Positions 1 through 9,116 of a DNA stretch of 64,000 nt are shown piece by piece; the first letter of the stretch is position 1; each line of letters opens with the position of its first letter. This stretch comes from Patescibacteria group bacterium (GTDB lineage: Bacteria; Patescibacteriota; Minisyncoccia; Minisyncoccales; RBG-13-36-15). The DNA is taken from positions 4,750-68,749 of the forward strand of contig JAHCSE010000018.1 in NCBI GenBank assembly GCA_018609195.1, read 5' to 3'. Under the pieces are notes generated by a model. That model was not told where the DNA came from and made no database searches. It was given only the letters and a program-made list of their open reading frames with translations. A program made the translations under genes and the position numbers.

Positions 1-153
1 GAAATCTTCCTCATGTGCGTCAATGCTTATTGCTCCTGGAAGATGTCGCTTGGCGTATGATATTTTTCCAAGTACATCAATAAGGACGAAATCAGATTCT
101 TGGTCTATCTTCTTTTTGAGAGCATCTCTTGTAATGGTAAAATATTTTTTCAT
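1..153 (-). CDS. rhodanese-like domain protein (N-terminal part; gene runs off window start)
   Basis: ATG at 153..151 (not in ORF track). Translation MKKYFTITRDALKKKIDQESDFVLIDVLGKISYAKRHLPGAISIDAHEEDF resembles a rhodanese-fold N-terminus. Confidence 0.5.
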   Translation of the reverse strand, partial: MKKYFTITRDALKKKIDQESDFVLIDVLGKISYAKRHLPGAISIDAHEEDF

Positions 154-273
154 ATTTTCTCACTAATTTTTAAGTAATAAATATAGAAATCCATCGACCT
201 ATTGAATTCCTATCTCCACATTAATACAAACCTTATTTTCCTGCAGTGATCCTGGTCACAAGGGATATAATAT

Positions 274-1053
274 TTATAAATAATCATATAGTCTCTCATA
301 GTTGATAAATTGAAAAAGCTGAAATCCGTAGGAAATAAGTATACCAAAATTATTTGTAATGAGAAGTATGCCTAAAGCTACAAGAAACACTCCTCCAATA
401 ATCTCAACCCAACGTAAATATTTTGTAATTTTTGACACTTTTGTTGAAAGAGCTCCAAATCCTGCTGCGATTATCAAGAATGGTACCGCCAGCCCCATGG
501 AGAAAACAAACAAGAGAAACCCGCCTTGAAATGCGGTAGTCGAAGTCGAGGCAAGCAGAAGAATAGAACCGAGAATCGGACCTACGCAAGGGGTCCAGCC
601 AAAAGCAAAAGATGAGCCAAGTACCGTAGAACTCAACGGATTCCCTCGCTTGATCCGGAAGGGTAGCTTAATTCTTTTATCGGTGCCAAGCAACGAAGTA
701 AGAAAAGGAATCTTGAGTACGCCAATCATATACAATCCAAAAAATATCACAAATGCTCCTCCAATCCGCGTAAGCCAGATGCGCCATGGGACAAGCGCTT
801 GCCCCAGAAGACCTGCAAGGGTGCCGAACAGAACAAAAACCAAAGTTACTCCGATCATAAAGAATAATCCATTGAGAAAAATTTTTCCCCGCGCTTGTTT
901 CACTTTTTTTGGATCTTTGAGTTCTTCAGCTGAGGTTCCGCTGATAAAACCTAAATAAGCCGGCACAAGAGGAAGAGTGCAAGGGGCAAGGAATGTAATG
1001 AGCCCGGCTATAAAAGCGGGAATAATTAACGCAATTACTGTTAGTTCTGGCAT
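274..1053 (-). CDS. ccdA: cytochrome c biogenesis / thiol-disulfide electron transfer membrane protein CcdA (DsbD family)
   Basis: Polytopic membrane protein with FLAPCTLPLVPAYLGFISG and GWTPCVGPILG motifs, typical of CcdA/DsbD-beta. Confidence 0.85.
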   Translation of the reverse strand: MPELTVIALIIPAFIAGLITFLAPCTLPLVPAYLGFISGTSAEELKDPKKVKQARGKIFLNGLFFMIGVTLVFVLFGTLAGLLGQALVPWRIWLTRIGGAFVIFFGLYMIGVLKIPFLTSLLGTDKRIKLPFRIKRGNPLSSTVLGSSFAFGWTPCVGPILGSILLLASTSTTAFQGGFLLFVFSMGLAVPFLIIAAGFGALSTKVSKITKYLRWVEIIGGVFLVALGILLITNNFGILISYGFQLFQFINYERLYDYL

Positions 1054-1069
1054 AATAAAATAGTTTAAA

Positions 1070-1669
1070 TTAGAGATTAAAAAGTTTTTCTACTTTCTGC
1101 TTCATTTCTTCAAATGTCATGGGGCCCCGCTTATGGAAGAGGATATTTCCTTCTCCATCAACAAAAATTGTCTCTGGCATAGAAAATCCACCTATAGAAC
1201 GGTAAAAAGAGTCACTTGGATCCAGGAGAAATATTAAATCATCTGTGACCCCAAGGTCATCTGTATAGCTCTTGGTTAGCTCAAGAGATTCAGCTCGGTC
1301 AATTGGAATAATGGTGATTTTAGCCCCAAATTCCTGTTGGAGTTTTGCAAAATCTTCGAGTTCCTTGACACAGAACGGACACCAAACTGCCCAGGAATTT
1401 ACAATAATGGATTTGCCCTCAAAATCAGCGAGATTCACTGTGTTGCCATTAGAATCCTTCAAACTAAAATTAGGCGCTTTCCCGAGTGTGGGTGATTGTG
1501 TCTGTTCACTCGTTGAGGAGGACACTTCCTGATTACGATTTTCACCCAACACAACTACACCTATAACGGCAATCATGAGAATACCTCCAAAGATAAGATA
1601 TATTTTGTTCATAATATCGGATGATGTAGCTGAGCCATGCGCTTTCCGTGTATACATGGCCCAGCCCAC
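1070..1669 (-). CDS. membrane-anchored thioredoxin-fold thiol:disulfide oxidoreductase (TlpA/ResA-like)
   Basis: N-terminal TM helix, WAVWCPFC (CxxC) motif, adjacent to ccdA. True start may be the internal MNKIYLIF Met. Confidence 0.8.
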   Translation of the reverse strand: MGWAMYTRKAHGSATSSDIMNKIYLIFGGILMIAVIGVVVLGENRNQEVSSSTSEQTQSPTLGKAPNFSLKDSNGNTVNLADFEGKSIIVNSWAVWCPFCVKELEDFAKLQQEFGAKITIIPIDRAESLELTKSYTDDLGVTDDLIFLLDPSDSFYRSIGGFSMPETIFVDGEGNILFHKRGPMTFEEMKQKVEKLFNL

Positions 1670-1682
1670 AATTAGGTTTTAT

Positions 1683-2045
1683 CTATTCCTTTTTAAGCAT
1701 CTTTGCTAACCTTATAGGCATCATGAAGAGAATAAATACGATAGCCAACAAGGAAAGGAAAATACCTGTCAATATCTTTCCGAGACCTACCAGCTTTAAC
1801 TGCATAAGCTGAGAGGGATATTGCTGAATCCGAGCAAGGTCTTGATTCAACTGGGAGTTCGTTTCGGCTGCATCTCTCACTGCCTTGCTCTGCAAGAAAT
1901 AGGACTCCTGCAACTGATTGAATTTCACCTCTTCTGTTATTACTTGACTGTGCATTCCTGTCCCCTGCAAGACAAACACAATAGATGCGATGGTGAGAAC
2001 CATTAAGATGAGCATTGGCACCATCATTTGTTTCATGTTCTGCAT
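1683..2045 (-). CDS. hypothetical membrane protein
   Basis: 120 aa ORF with N- and C-terminal hydrophobic helices, in the same operon direction as its neighbours. Confidence 0.4.
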   Translation of the reverse strand: MQNMKQMMVPMLILMVLTIASIVFVLQGTGMHSQVITEEVKFNQLQESYFLQSKAVRDAAETNSQLNQDLARIQQYPSQLMQLKLVGLGKILTGIFLSLLAIVFILFMMPIRLAKMLKKE

Positions 2046-2093
2046 AGTTTTTGATTGAAGTTAATTAATAATAATTTCCATCTTTCGACCTTT

Positions 2094-2156
2094 CCCCCCC
2101 CCACACCGAACGGGGACCAAAACTTAACGAAGTCAGTCCCCGATAGGTATGGGGGG
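2094..2156 (-). repeat. GC-rich nested hairpin element in intergenic spacer
   Basis: C9 run pairs with a G-run (CCCCCCA..TGGGGGG). An inner GGGGAC..GTCCCC hairpin is present. Strongly GC-rich against AT-rich flanks. Confidence 0.55.
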
Positions 2157-2176
2157 TTTATTTTTTTTCAAAATTT

Positions 2177-3199
2177 TCATTTATATAGTTCCGTATCAGG
2201 ATGCGCGGCTGCCCAGCTGAACCAAAAGCCAGAAATGGGACTGATGCGTTCCTCCTCTCCATTTGGTAGCTGCCTGAACATTCGAATGACGTCGAGTTCT
2301 GGATCATGCCTCAAGATAATACGTTCACCTTGGAACATATCTTCAACCACTCCTTTTGCCTTCACTGCTTCCGTGGAGTAAGCTTTCGTCTTTCCGTTAA
2401 TCTCGATACCAAATACAAATGCATCGTTAGGAAGCCTGGTATCTGTGGGATTTGCCAAAGAGAGAGAAAGATTCGTGACATCAAAATAATCACCATAGGG
2501 ATTGCTTCCATAACTCCGGAAGGCACCGGTATCTCGAGAGAGAACTTCGCCAGTAGGATGTAACTTCTTCCATTCTCCGTATCGTGCTTGGTCTGATGGC
2601 AACACCTTGAGTTTTGTGCCTGTCATCTCGCCCACCACGGCTTCAGCTAAAACCTGAGGCCATAAACTGTCGGTCTTCCTGTCGTACATTACGAGATTTG
2701 ATTTCCAGAGTAACCCTGAAGTTCCAAATTCAACACGTTCACCTTGTACCAATGGATCTAAAACAAATCCGGTAAGGCAGAGAGGGCAATAAGTCACAAG
2801 AACTCGTTGTCCTTCAACGATGTCGTTCACAATTTCATGCCATACAAGAATTTGATAGGGATAAAAGCGATGAGTATTCCCTCGCGAAAATACAATGCCA
2901 GGATCCTTATCTCCTAACCACTTCTCTGCTTGTTTGACAGAAACAAATTTCGGGTTATCAATAGAAGGAATGCCATCCTTTGGTGGTCCGCCACCTCGCA
3001 GTTCTTCTAAAGGAATACTATGTTTTACACCGTCAGTAATCATAATTTCAATTTCTTTTCCGTCCTCAATAACGATAGCCTCTTTTCTTGTATCTCCACC
3101 TCGCGGCAGATTAAAGTCGTCCCGTGGTAATTGACGAAATATAAAAAATCCAATACCAATAGCAACTATGAGAAGTAAAATAAGGGAATAAGGTTTCAT
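2177..3199 (-). CDS. DUF3179 domain protein
   Basis: N-terminal TM helix; DGIPSIDNPKF and YCPLC motifs characteristic of DUF3179. Confidence 0.7.
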   Translation of the reverse strand: MKPYSLILLLIVAIGIGFFIFRQLPRDDFNLPRGGDTRKEAIVIEDGKEIEIMITDGVKHSIPLEELRGGGPPKDGIPSIDNPKFVSVKQAEKWLGDKDPGIVFSRGNTHRFYPYQILVWHEIVNDIVEGQRVLVTYCPLCLTGFVLDPLVQGERVEFGTSGLLWKSNLVMYDRKTDSLWPQVLAEAVVGEMTGTKLKVLPSDQARYGEWKKLHPTGEVLSRDTGAFRSYGSNPYGDYFDVTNLSLSLANPTDTRLPNDAFVFGIEINGKTKAYSTEAVKAKGVVEDMFQGERIILRHDPELDVIRMFRQLPNGEEERISPISGFWFSWAAAHPDTELYK

Positions 3200-3212
3200 A
3201 TTTGATAAATTG

Positions 3213-4370
3213 TTAAATTATTTTTTTCTGATTATTCCGATGAACGGCCATTGCTTTTTGCACTCTCTCCTGAGCAATATCTATTGCTGCCTTGCGTGGA
3301 TTTATTCCGTACCTTTCTGCATTTTCTAAAATCATTTTTGTATTTCTTGAAATTTTGCGCTTTATCACTCGGAACATATCTTTTGGGTTATATCCACGGT
3401 ATTCTGCATATGACGAAATGACTCCACCTGCATTTGCAATGATATCCGGGACCACAACAATCCCTCTTTCTTGTAGCTTTTTTTCAATATCATGGGGAAT
3501 GGGAATGTTTGCAGCTTCGATAATGATTTTTGCCTCGACCTTTTTATAATTATCGTTAGTAATTACATTTGGAATAGCAGCAGGAATTAAAATATCAACT
3601 GGTAGTTCAAATATTTCCTCATGTAATAACTTTTTTCCTTCTTTGTATTGGGTGACCGAACCTTTCCTTTTAGCTTCAAGAAGTTTTGGAAAATCTAGCC
3701 CATCCGCATCATAAATCGTACCCTTAATATCAGAAGTAGCGACTACTTTTGCACCCATTTCTCTCAAATATTTTGCCGCAAATTCTCCCACATTACCAAA
3801 ACCCTCGATTGCAATGCGCGCTCCTGCAATATCCATACCAATATGATTGGTTGCAACTTTTGTTGCCTCAGCTACCCCAGATCCCGTACTCCCAAACTCA
3901 TGAGGAATGCCGCATTTTTCACCTGGCTTGCCAAAAATTTTCATACAAAGATTTGCTGGTTTACCAGTGGCTGCGTGCCAATTTCCGTTTGCCTCAACAA
4001 ACCATTGCATCTCACGTTCTCCCAAGTTCATATCTGGTGCCGCAATATATTGCTTTGGGGCAAAGGGTTTGAGTGCTCTCGAAAATGCCTGGACTATTTC
4101 TTTTTTTTCTTCTTCGGAATAACTCTTTGGGTCAAAAACAATACCTGCTTTTGCTCCACCAAAAGGTAACTCTGCTAAGGCATTTTTCCAAGTCATGGTA
4201 CGAGCTAGTGTAAAGATCTCCTCCAGTGTTATATCAGGCGTCATGCGGATTCCTCCCTTTCCAGGACCAAGAGTAGTATTATCTATTACTAAAAAACCTC
4301 GCATGCCGTTTTTTGAATCGTAAACCTCTAAAAGATATTCAGGGCCAAATTTATCCTTTTTAATATTCAT
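3213..4370 (-). CDS. gdh: Glu/Leu/Phe/Val dehydrogenase family (glutamate dehydrogenase-like)
   Basis: GPGKGGIRM catalytic-lysine motif and GFGNVG Rossmann motif. Confidence 0.85.
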   Translation of the reverse strand: MNIKKDKFGPEYLLEVYDSKNGMRGFLVIDNTTLGPGKGGIRMTPDITLEEIFTLARTMTWKNALAELPFGGAKAGIVFDPKSYSEEEKKEIVQAFSRALKPFAPKQYIAAPDMNLGEREMQWFVEANGNWHAATGKPANLCMKIFGKPGEKCGIPHEFGSTGSGVAEATKVATNHIGMDIAGARIAIEGFGNVGEFAAKYLREMGAKVVATSDIKGTIYDADGLDFPKLLEAKRKGSVTQYKEGKKLLHEEIFELPVDILIPAAIPNVITNDNYKKVEAKIIIEAANIPIPHDIEKKLQERGIVVVPDIIANAGGVISSYAEYRGYNPKDMFRVIKRKISRNTKMILENAERYGINPRKAAIDIAQERVQKAMAVHRNNQKKII

Positions 4371-4552
4371 GACAACTTGACCATATCATGTGCATATATA
4401 TTTATCAGTGATTTGTGTCACATAAAGAATTACATGGAAGAACCCTAGTTATAATAGAAGAAAGTACCCGTCACTTCATCTCCTAGGCGGAGTGCTATAG
4501 GATTTTTTGAACAAATTTCTTCCAATCTATCTTTATTTTTGATACTCTTATA

Positions 4553-4948
4553 ATGATGTCTCTGAAAAAACAAAATAAACAAAAGAAAGTTATGGTGTTT
4601 GGAGTGTTTGACGGAATTCATGAGGGGCACAGAAATTTTTTAAAGCAAGCGAAACAATACGGGGATTATCTGCTTGTTGTTGTGGCACCAGACGAAGCTG
4701 TACAGCAATTTAAAAATCGGCTAGCACGTTTCAGCTTACCAGAGAGAATAAACTTTCTGAGCAAAGAGGGGATAGTTGATGAAATAGTAGAGGGGGACAG
4801 GGTTCAATATAGTTGGAAAGTGATAAAGAAGCATCAACCCTCGATCATTGCACTCGGTTATGATCAAGGGGCTATACGCAAAGAATTAGAAGCGATTCGG
4901 TATAGTTTTCCTTTCGCTCTCAAAATAAGCACCATGGATGCCTATTGA
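4553..4948 (+). CDS. cytidylyltransferase-like nucleotidyltransferase (FAD synthetase/RibF-N-like)
   Basis: VFGVFDGIHEGHRNFL (HxGH-type motif) near the N-terminus; 131 aa. Confidence 0.5.
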   Translation: MMSLKKQNKQKKVMVFGVFDGIHEGHRNFLKQAKQYGDYLLVVVAPDEAVQQFKNRLARFSLPERINFLSKEGIVDEIVEGDRVQYSWKVIKKHQPSIIALGYDQGAIRKELEAIRYSFPFALKISTMDAY

Positions 4949-5054
4949 CCGAATCTGTACTATTCGAGCTCACTTTAATAAGTTATCGCCCGAGAGTTGT
5001 TGCCTCGGACTTTTTTCTTAGGTATTCAAACCCTCTAAATGATATAATCAACAT

Positions 5055-5771
5055 ATGGAGCATTTTTTCTTTTTCATAATTGCCTTTATTGCTGCAGTAA
5101 TTGGAACTATAGCGGGCTTCGGTACAGCTACTATTTTAACACCATTTAGTTCTCTGGTGATTGATATCAAGGTGGCCATTGTTTTGGTAGCCTTTTTTCA
5201 TTTATTTAGGAATGTATCTACAATTTTTCTTTTTAAAAAAATAAATTGGGGAATATTTTTAAAATTTGGTATTCCCAGTATTGGGGCTTCATTCCTCGGC
5301 GCCAAACTCATAGCCATACTAGATACAGAAACCGTAAAAGTTATTTTTGGTTTATTTTTGATAACTTTTGTTTTTTATTCCTTTACGAAAAAAGTCATTC
5401 AGCTAAGACCAGTCAATTATGTTGCGTTTGGAGGTGGATTGGGTTCAGGATTTTTAGCAGGGCTCATTGGTACAGGCGGAGCCATTCGTTCACTTTTTTT
5501 GAATGCTTTTGGCTTGCCTAAAGAAGTTTATATAGCCACTTCAGCGATGATTGCCATTGTTATTGATTTAACCAGAATACCTGTGTATTTTGCAAGTGGG
5601 ATTATTTTGGATAAAATTTACCTCTATTATATCCCAGCTTTAATTGTAATAGCTTTTTTCGGAGTTATAATCGGGAAAGGGATAGTCAAGAAAATACCAA
5701 CCGAAACTTTTAGAAGAGTGGTGTTAATGGCCTTACTTTTGATTGGGCTAACGTTATTATTCGGAATTTAA
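5055..5771 (+). CDS. TauE/SafE (DUF81) family anion exporter
   Basis: About 8 TM helices and a duplicated G-rich motif (GFGTATILTP / GLIGTGGAIR). Confidence 0.8.
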   Translation: MEHFFFFIIAFIAAVIGTIAGFGTATILTPFSSLVIDIKVAIVLVAFFHLFRNVSTIFLFKKINWGIFLKFGIPSIGASFLGAKLIAILDTETVKVIFGLFLITFVFYSFTKKVIQLRPVNYVAFGGGLGSGFLAGLIGTGGAIRSLFLNAFGLPKEVYIATSAMIAIVIDLTRIPVYFASGIILDKIYLYYIPALIVIAFFGVIIGKGIVKKIPTETFRRVVLMALLLIGLTLLFGI

Positions 5772-5792
5772 ATAAACCAAATCGAAAATCGT

Positions 5793-5935
5793 CTACCCCA
5801 GTACCATTCGGTACGGGGTAGGTATGAACCGGCTGGTTCTGTACCACGACTCCCAGCCACAGCACCATTCGGTGCGTGGCTAGGCACGAACCGTATGGTT
5901 CTGTGCCAGCCCCAGTCACCGAATTAAAACCTTGA
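5793..5935 (+). repeat. about 2.5 tandem copies of a ~56-nt double-hairpin unit (structured RNA candidate)
   Basis: CCCCaGTACCattcGGTACGGGG + GAACCggctGGTTC, then CAGCCACaGCACCattcGGTGCGTGGCT + GCACGAACCgtatGGTTCtGTGC. Stems differ but stay complementary (compensatory changes). Confidence 0.6.
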
Positions 5936-5965
5936 GCGCGGTTCGAGAGACCGAGCAAGTAAAAG

Positions 5966-5995
5966 AATCGCCAAGAAGGCGGTTTTTTGATATGC
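5966..5995 (+). terminator. ATCGCC..GGCGGT hairpin + T-run (member of window-wide hairpin family)
   Basis: aatcgccaagaaggcggttttttgata. Confidence 0.55.
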
Positions 5996-6001
5996 AAAAA
6001 C

Positions 6002-6030
6002 TTGACAAAACGGAAATACGGGCGTATCAT
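6002..6030 (+). promoter_or_regulatory. sigma70-like promoter of the GC-rich ORF
   Basis: TTGACA (6002-6007), 17-nt spacer, TATCAT (6025-6030). Confidence 0.5.
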
Positions 6031-6100
6031 AGAGGTATTGGACAGTAACGATTCCGTAGTTTTACGGGCTCCGAGTAATCTCGGGGAAAGGAGACAAGTC

Positions 6101-6490
6101 ATGAGTGGATACGGATTTGCGGATCGTAGTCAGCCTACTCCTGCACCGCAAGCGCCAAAGATGACTTACAAGCAGATGCTTGAGGTTATCAATTCGGTCA
6201 AGCCTGGTGATAGGCTTCGTATAGTCTTCGCCGATGAGGAGTTCGATGGCGATCTCAAGGGTCGCGTCTATCATATCCTTGCGATGTGTGCCCCGGTCGG
6301 TCGAGCTATAGACATCGGCGAGCTTCCGATGTTCAACCTTCAGGCGGTCGCCGACAGTGGCAGGTGGATAGGATTTCGCACCTACGTCGCCACGATCCTC
6401 GACGGGTTCGATCCCAGACACTTTGTCAGCCGTACAATCGGGCACGACATGCTTGAGAGCATCAACCGAATCGATGGTCCGCTGATCTGA
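6101..6490 (+). CDS. hypothetical protein encoded in GC-rich island (129 aa from MSGYGFADRSQ)
   Basis: ATG 6101 is preceded by GGAGA. Strongly GC-rich compared with flanks. A hairpin + T-run follows (6515-6560). No recognisable domain. Confidence 0.5.
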   Translation: MSGYGFADRSQPTPAPQAPKMTYKQMLEVINSVKPGDRLRIVFADEEFDGDLKGRVYHILAMCAPVGRAIDIGELPMFNLQAVADSGRWIGFRTYVATILDGFDPRHFVSRTIGHDMLESINRIDGPLI

Positions 6491-6638
6491 TTTATCCTTA
6501 CAAGGGCTTCGGCTCAAGAAGGTCTCTTAACAGCCAGTTAGGAGACTTTTGTTTTTAAACAAAATATAGTGAGTTAACGAGTAGGGTAGAATAAGCTAAA
6601 TACTCAAATTTAACTTAAAAAATTTCTCAAAATTCGCT

Positions 6639-6662
6639 TACCCCAGGGTAGGATTCGAACCT
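6639..6662 (-). other. isolated tRNA 3'-end fragment (T-loop + acceptor 3' strand)
   Basis: Minus strand reads AGGTTCGAATCCTACCCTGGGGTA. There is no matching 5' half, D-arm or anticodon arm upstream. Confidence 0.4.
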
Positions 6663-6853
6663 TTATCGTTAAATTAATATTTTTTTATTTGAAAAGACAA
6701 TTTTAATATTGACATATTTTTTAAATATGTTATGTTTAAAGAGTAATAAGGTGGATTTCCCTGCATCATCATAATAAAAAAAAAGGGAAAAAATGTTCGT
6801 TAATAATTGAATATTCTGCACGAAAGAAAAAACAGAGAGGAGAGGAAAAGAAC

Positions 6854-7852
6854 ATGGTAACTCCTGAGATTTCTCGTCCAAAAAGAAGCAGGACATACAC
6901 CAAAAGAATTCAGATTAAGAGGTTCTCTCACAATCCCCTGATAGTTCCTGATCCAAACAGTTCTTGGATGAAAGTCGCCGTATTTAATTGCGGCGTAATC
7001 AAAGATGATAACGATGGTTTGTATAAAATGTTATTTAGAGCCACTTCTCGCAAGGACCACCAATATTCTAATATTGGGCTGGCCCTGAGTGAGGACGGAA
7101 AAAACTGGTCTATCCATGATGAGCCGGTATTACGAAGAGGCTTTAATCAATACTGTGCACGAGGAATTGAAGATCCGAGAATTATTCAATGGGTTGACGG
7201 GTGGTATTATGTCTTTGCCGCCGTCAAATCTGCCACTGCAGAACCTGACAATGTGCGAGTAGGAATTTTCAGAACAAAGGACTTCTTTGAGTATGAATGG
7301 GTAGGTTTTTCTTTTAATCGAATAGACAGGAATACTGTGGTCTTCCCTGAACCAATAGGGAATTGCGCATTTTTACTTCACAGGACGTATCCACATATCT
7401 GGATTTCAAGGAGTGAAGATCTCAGCCTTAATAATAACTGGCAGGACGGTCAGATTCTAATTAAATCAGAAGAATTGTATCCAAATCCACACAACGAAGT
7501 TAAGCCTTGGAAAATCGGAATTGCCTCTCCACCAATCAAAACTCCAAAGGGGTGGTTAGTGCTAATTAATACTTCTAACAAAGAGAGTCGTTATGACGTG
7601 GAGAGGGTATACAGTCTCGGATTTGCGGTTTTGGATCTACACGATCCAACCAAGGTAAACTATATTCATCCTGAGCCCATTTTGTGGCCTGCTGAAGAAT
7701 ACGAAACTATTGGGTGTGTACCCAATGTATGCTTCTGTTGTGCAGCGGTAGATACTGGAGGAGATGACATTTATGTTTACTATGGCGGCGCAGATACCGT
7801 TGTCGCTGGAGGTATACTCCACAAGGAAGAATTGGAAGGAATTTGTTACTAA
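6854..7852 (+). CDS. GH130-family glycoside phosphorylase/hydrolase (DUF377-type beta-propeller)
   Basis: NPLIVPD, VFNCGVI, IGLALSEDGKNW, GIEDPRI and VYYGGAD motifs typical of GH130. Confidence 0.7.
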   Translation: MVTPEISRPKRSRTYTKRIQIKRFSHNPLIVPDPNSSWMKVAVFNCGVIKDDNDGLYKMLFRATSRKDHQYSNIGLALSEDGKNWSIHDEPVLRRGFNQYCARGIEDPRIIQWVDGWYYVFAAVKSATAEPDNVRVGIFRTKDFFEYEWVGFSFNRIDRNTVVFPEPIGNCAFLLHRTYPHIWISRSEDLSLNNNWQDGQILIKSEELYPNPHNEVKPWKIGIASPPIKTPKGWLVLINTSNKESRYDVERVYSLGFAVLDLHDPTKVNYIHPEPILWPAEEYETIGCVPNVCFCCAAVDTGGDDIYVYYGGADTVVAGGILHKEELEGICY

Positions 7853-7860
7853 ATTATTAA

Positions 7861-7890
7861 AGTGGTCCATATCTGGACCACTTTTTATTT
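7861..7890 (+). terminator. intrinsic terminator
   Basis: agtggtccatatctggaccact + ttttatttt. Confidence 0.7.
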
Positions 7891-8064
7891 TATTGAAAAC
7901 ATCATAGGATTTGTAATAATTTCTTCGATTGTTGTAGAATTAACTCAGGATATTTAATCATTTCTACCTAATTTACGGTTCGAAAATTGTCTCATCTGGC
8001 ATTTAGACCCAGCTTGACTTTTCCAAGGCAAAGAATGTGACTATTAGTTTGAGAAAATTAATGT

Positions 8065-9024
8065 ATGATTGAAAGTAAAAAAGGACCATCAGAAGTTAGG
8101 GAAGTAAGTGCGGTTCCATTTATGGTAATTTTAATAGTATTAGGTTTTTTGTTAGCAGCTTTGGTCTTAATATTGCTATTCGTGTTTACTCCAGCCGATA
8201 GACAGGTATTATTATCCAGCCCGAAAAACCTGACTCATGATGGATTGGAACGAACCTACAGAATATATGATCCTGAAAGTGGCGGGAAGAAATCATTAAT
8301 CATTGGGCTTCATGCTCTAGGAGGAAGCAGCCGACGTTTTTCCTACTACACTGGACTTCACAATGTCACCGACGAAAATACAATCGTAGTCTATCCTGAC
8401 GCCGTTCCATCAAATAAGAAAGGGTTGCAAGCAGGTTGGAACTCGACTTACTGCTGTGGAACTGGACTTGAGAACAATATTGATGATGCTGGATTCATTC
8501 TGGCTCTTATAGAGAGGCTTGTTCAGGATTACGATATAGATCAGTCAAAAATTTTTATAACAGGATTTTCTAACGGTGCAACAATGTCTCAATATCTAGC
8601 TACTGAGCAGCCGGACAAATTTGCTGGAGTAGCTGCTATATCTGGATCAGTAGGAGTCGAAAAAAAGGTATTAAAACCATCGACTGCAATTCCAATATTA
8701 CTAGCCCATGGCATGAGGGATGCCAGTATTCCATTCAAGGGCGGAGTCGCGGGTGATGATGGTTTCTTTAATTGGTTAGATTTCGGCACCACCGTAAATA
8801 CTTGGAAAAATGTAAACGGCTGCAGCCAAGAAACTAAGATCATAGAACAGTCTAATACTCGTGAGATTATCGACTATGAAGGATGTGATGCCTTGGTTCG
8901 CAGCGTTATTTATCCAAACCTAGGCCATCAGTGGGATGACTGGCGCATTGGCCAGCTTTGGCGCAGAACACCAAGAGGTTCGAAATTAGTGGTCTCGTTT
9001 TTTGAAGACATTTCTAATAATTAG
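8065..9024 (+). CDS. secreted alpha/beta esterase, PHB-depolymerase (LpqC-like) family
   Basis: TM/signal anchor; GLHALGGSS oxyanion region; GFSNGA (GxSxG) nucleophile elbow. Confidence 0.65.
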   Translation: MIESKKGPSEVREVSAVPFMVILIVLGFLLAALVLILLFVFTPADRQVLLSSPKNLTHDGLERTYRIYDPESGGKKSLIIGLHALGGSSRRFSYYTGLHNVTDENTIVVYPDAVPSNKKGLQAGWNSTYCCGTGLENNIDDAGFILALIERLVQDYDIDQSKIFITGFSNGATMSQYLATEQPDKFAGVAAISGSVGVEKKVLKPSTAIPILLAHGMRDASIPFKGGVAGDDGFFNWLDFGTTVNTWKNVNGCSQETKIIEQSNTREIIDYEGCDALVRSVIYPNLGHQWDDWRIGQLWRRTPRGSKLVVSFFEDISNN

Positions 9025-9060
9025 CTAGGTAAATTATTTCTGCATTGGAACTGACTGAAG

Positions 9061-9116
9061 TTCGAAAATCGTCCACGACTGCCAGCACTTCGACAAGCTC
9101 AATGCAAGCTAATAAA
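9061..9116 (+). repeat. short copy of the 5783-5999 element
   Basis: Shares tcgaaaatcgtc(c/t)ac, cacgact(g/c)ccagc and the terminal atcgccaagRRggcggttttttgata with the long copy. Confidence 0.45.

Noticed and set aside
650-958. Numerous short antisense/overlapping ORFs in the track (e.g. 650-958, 1272-1532, 2306-2563, 3843-4169, 11566-11862, 14531-14818, 21246-21746, 25201-25569, 35686-36102)
   Set aside because: They lie entirely within, and antisense or out of frame to, well-supported genes. Their translations are low-complexity or hydrophobic junk.
6062-6517. 151-aa antisense ORF in the GC-rich island
   Set aside because: It has no promoter or RBS. The sense ORF has a consensus promoter, RBS and terminator. 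Long antisense ORFs are expected in GC-rich DNA.
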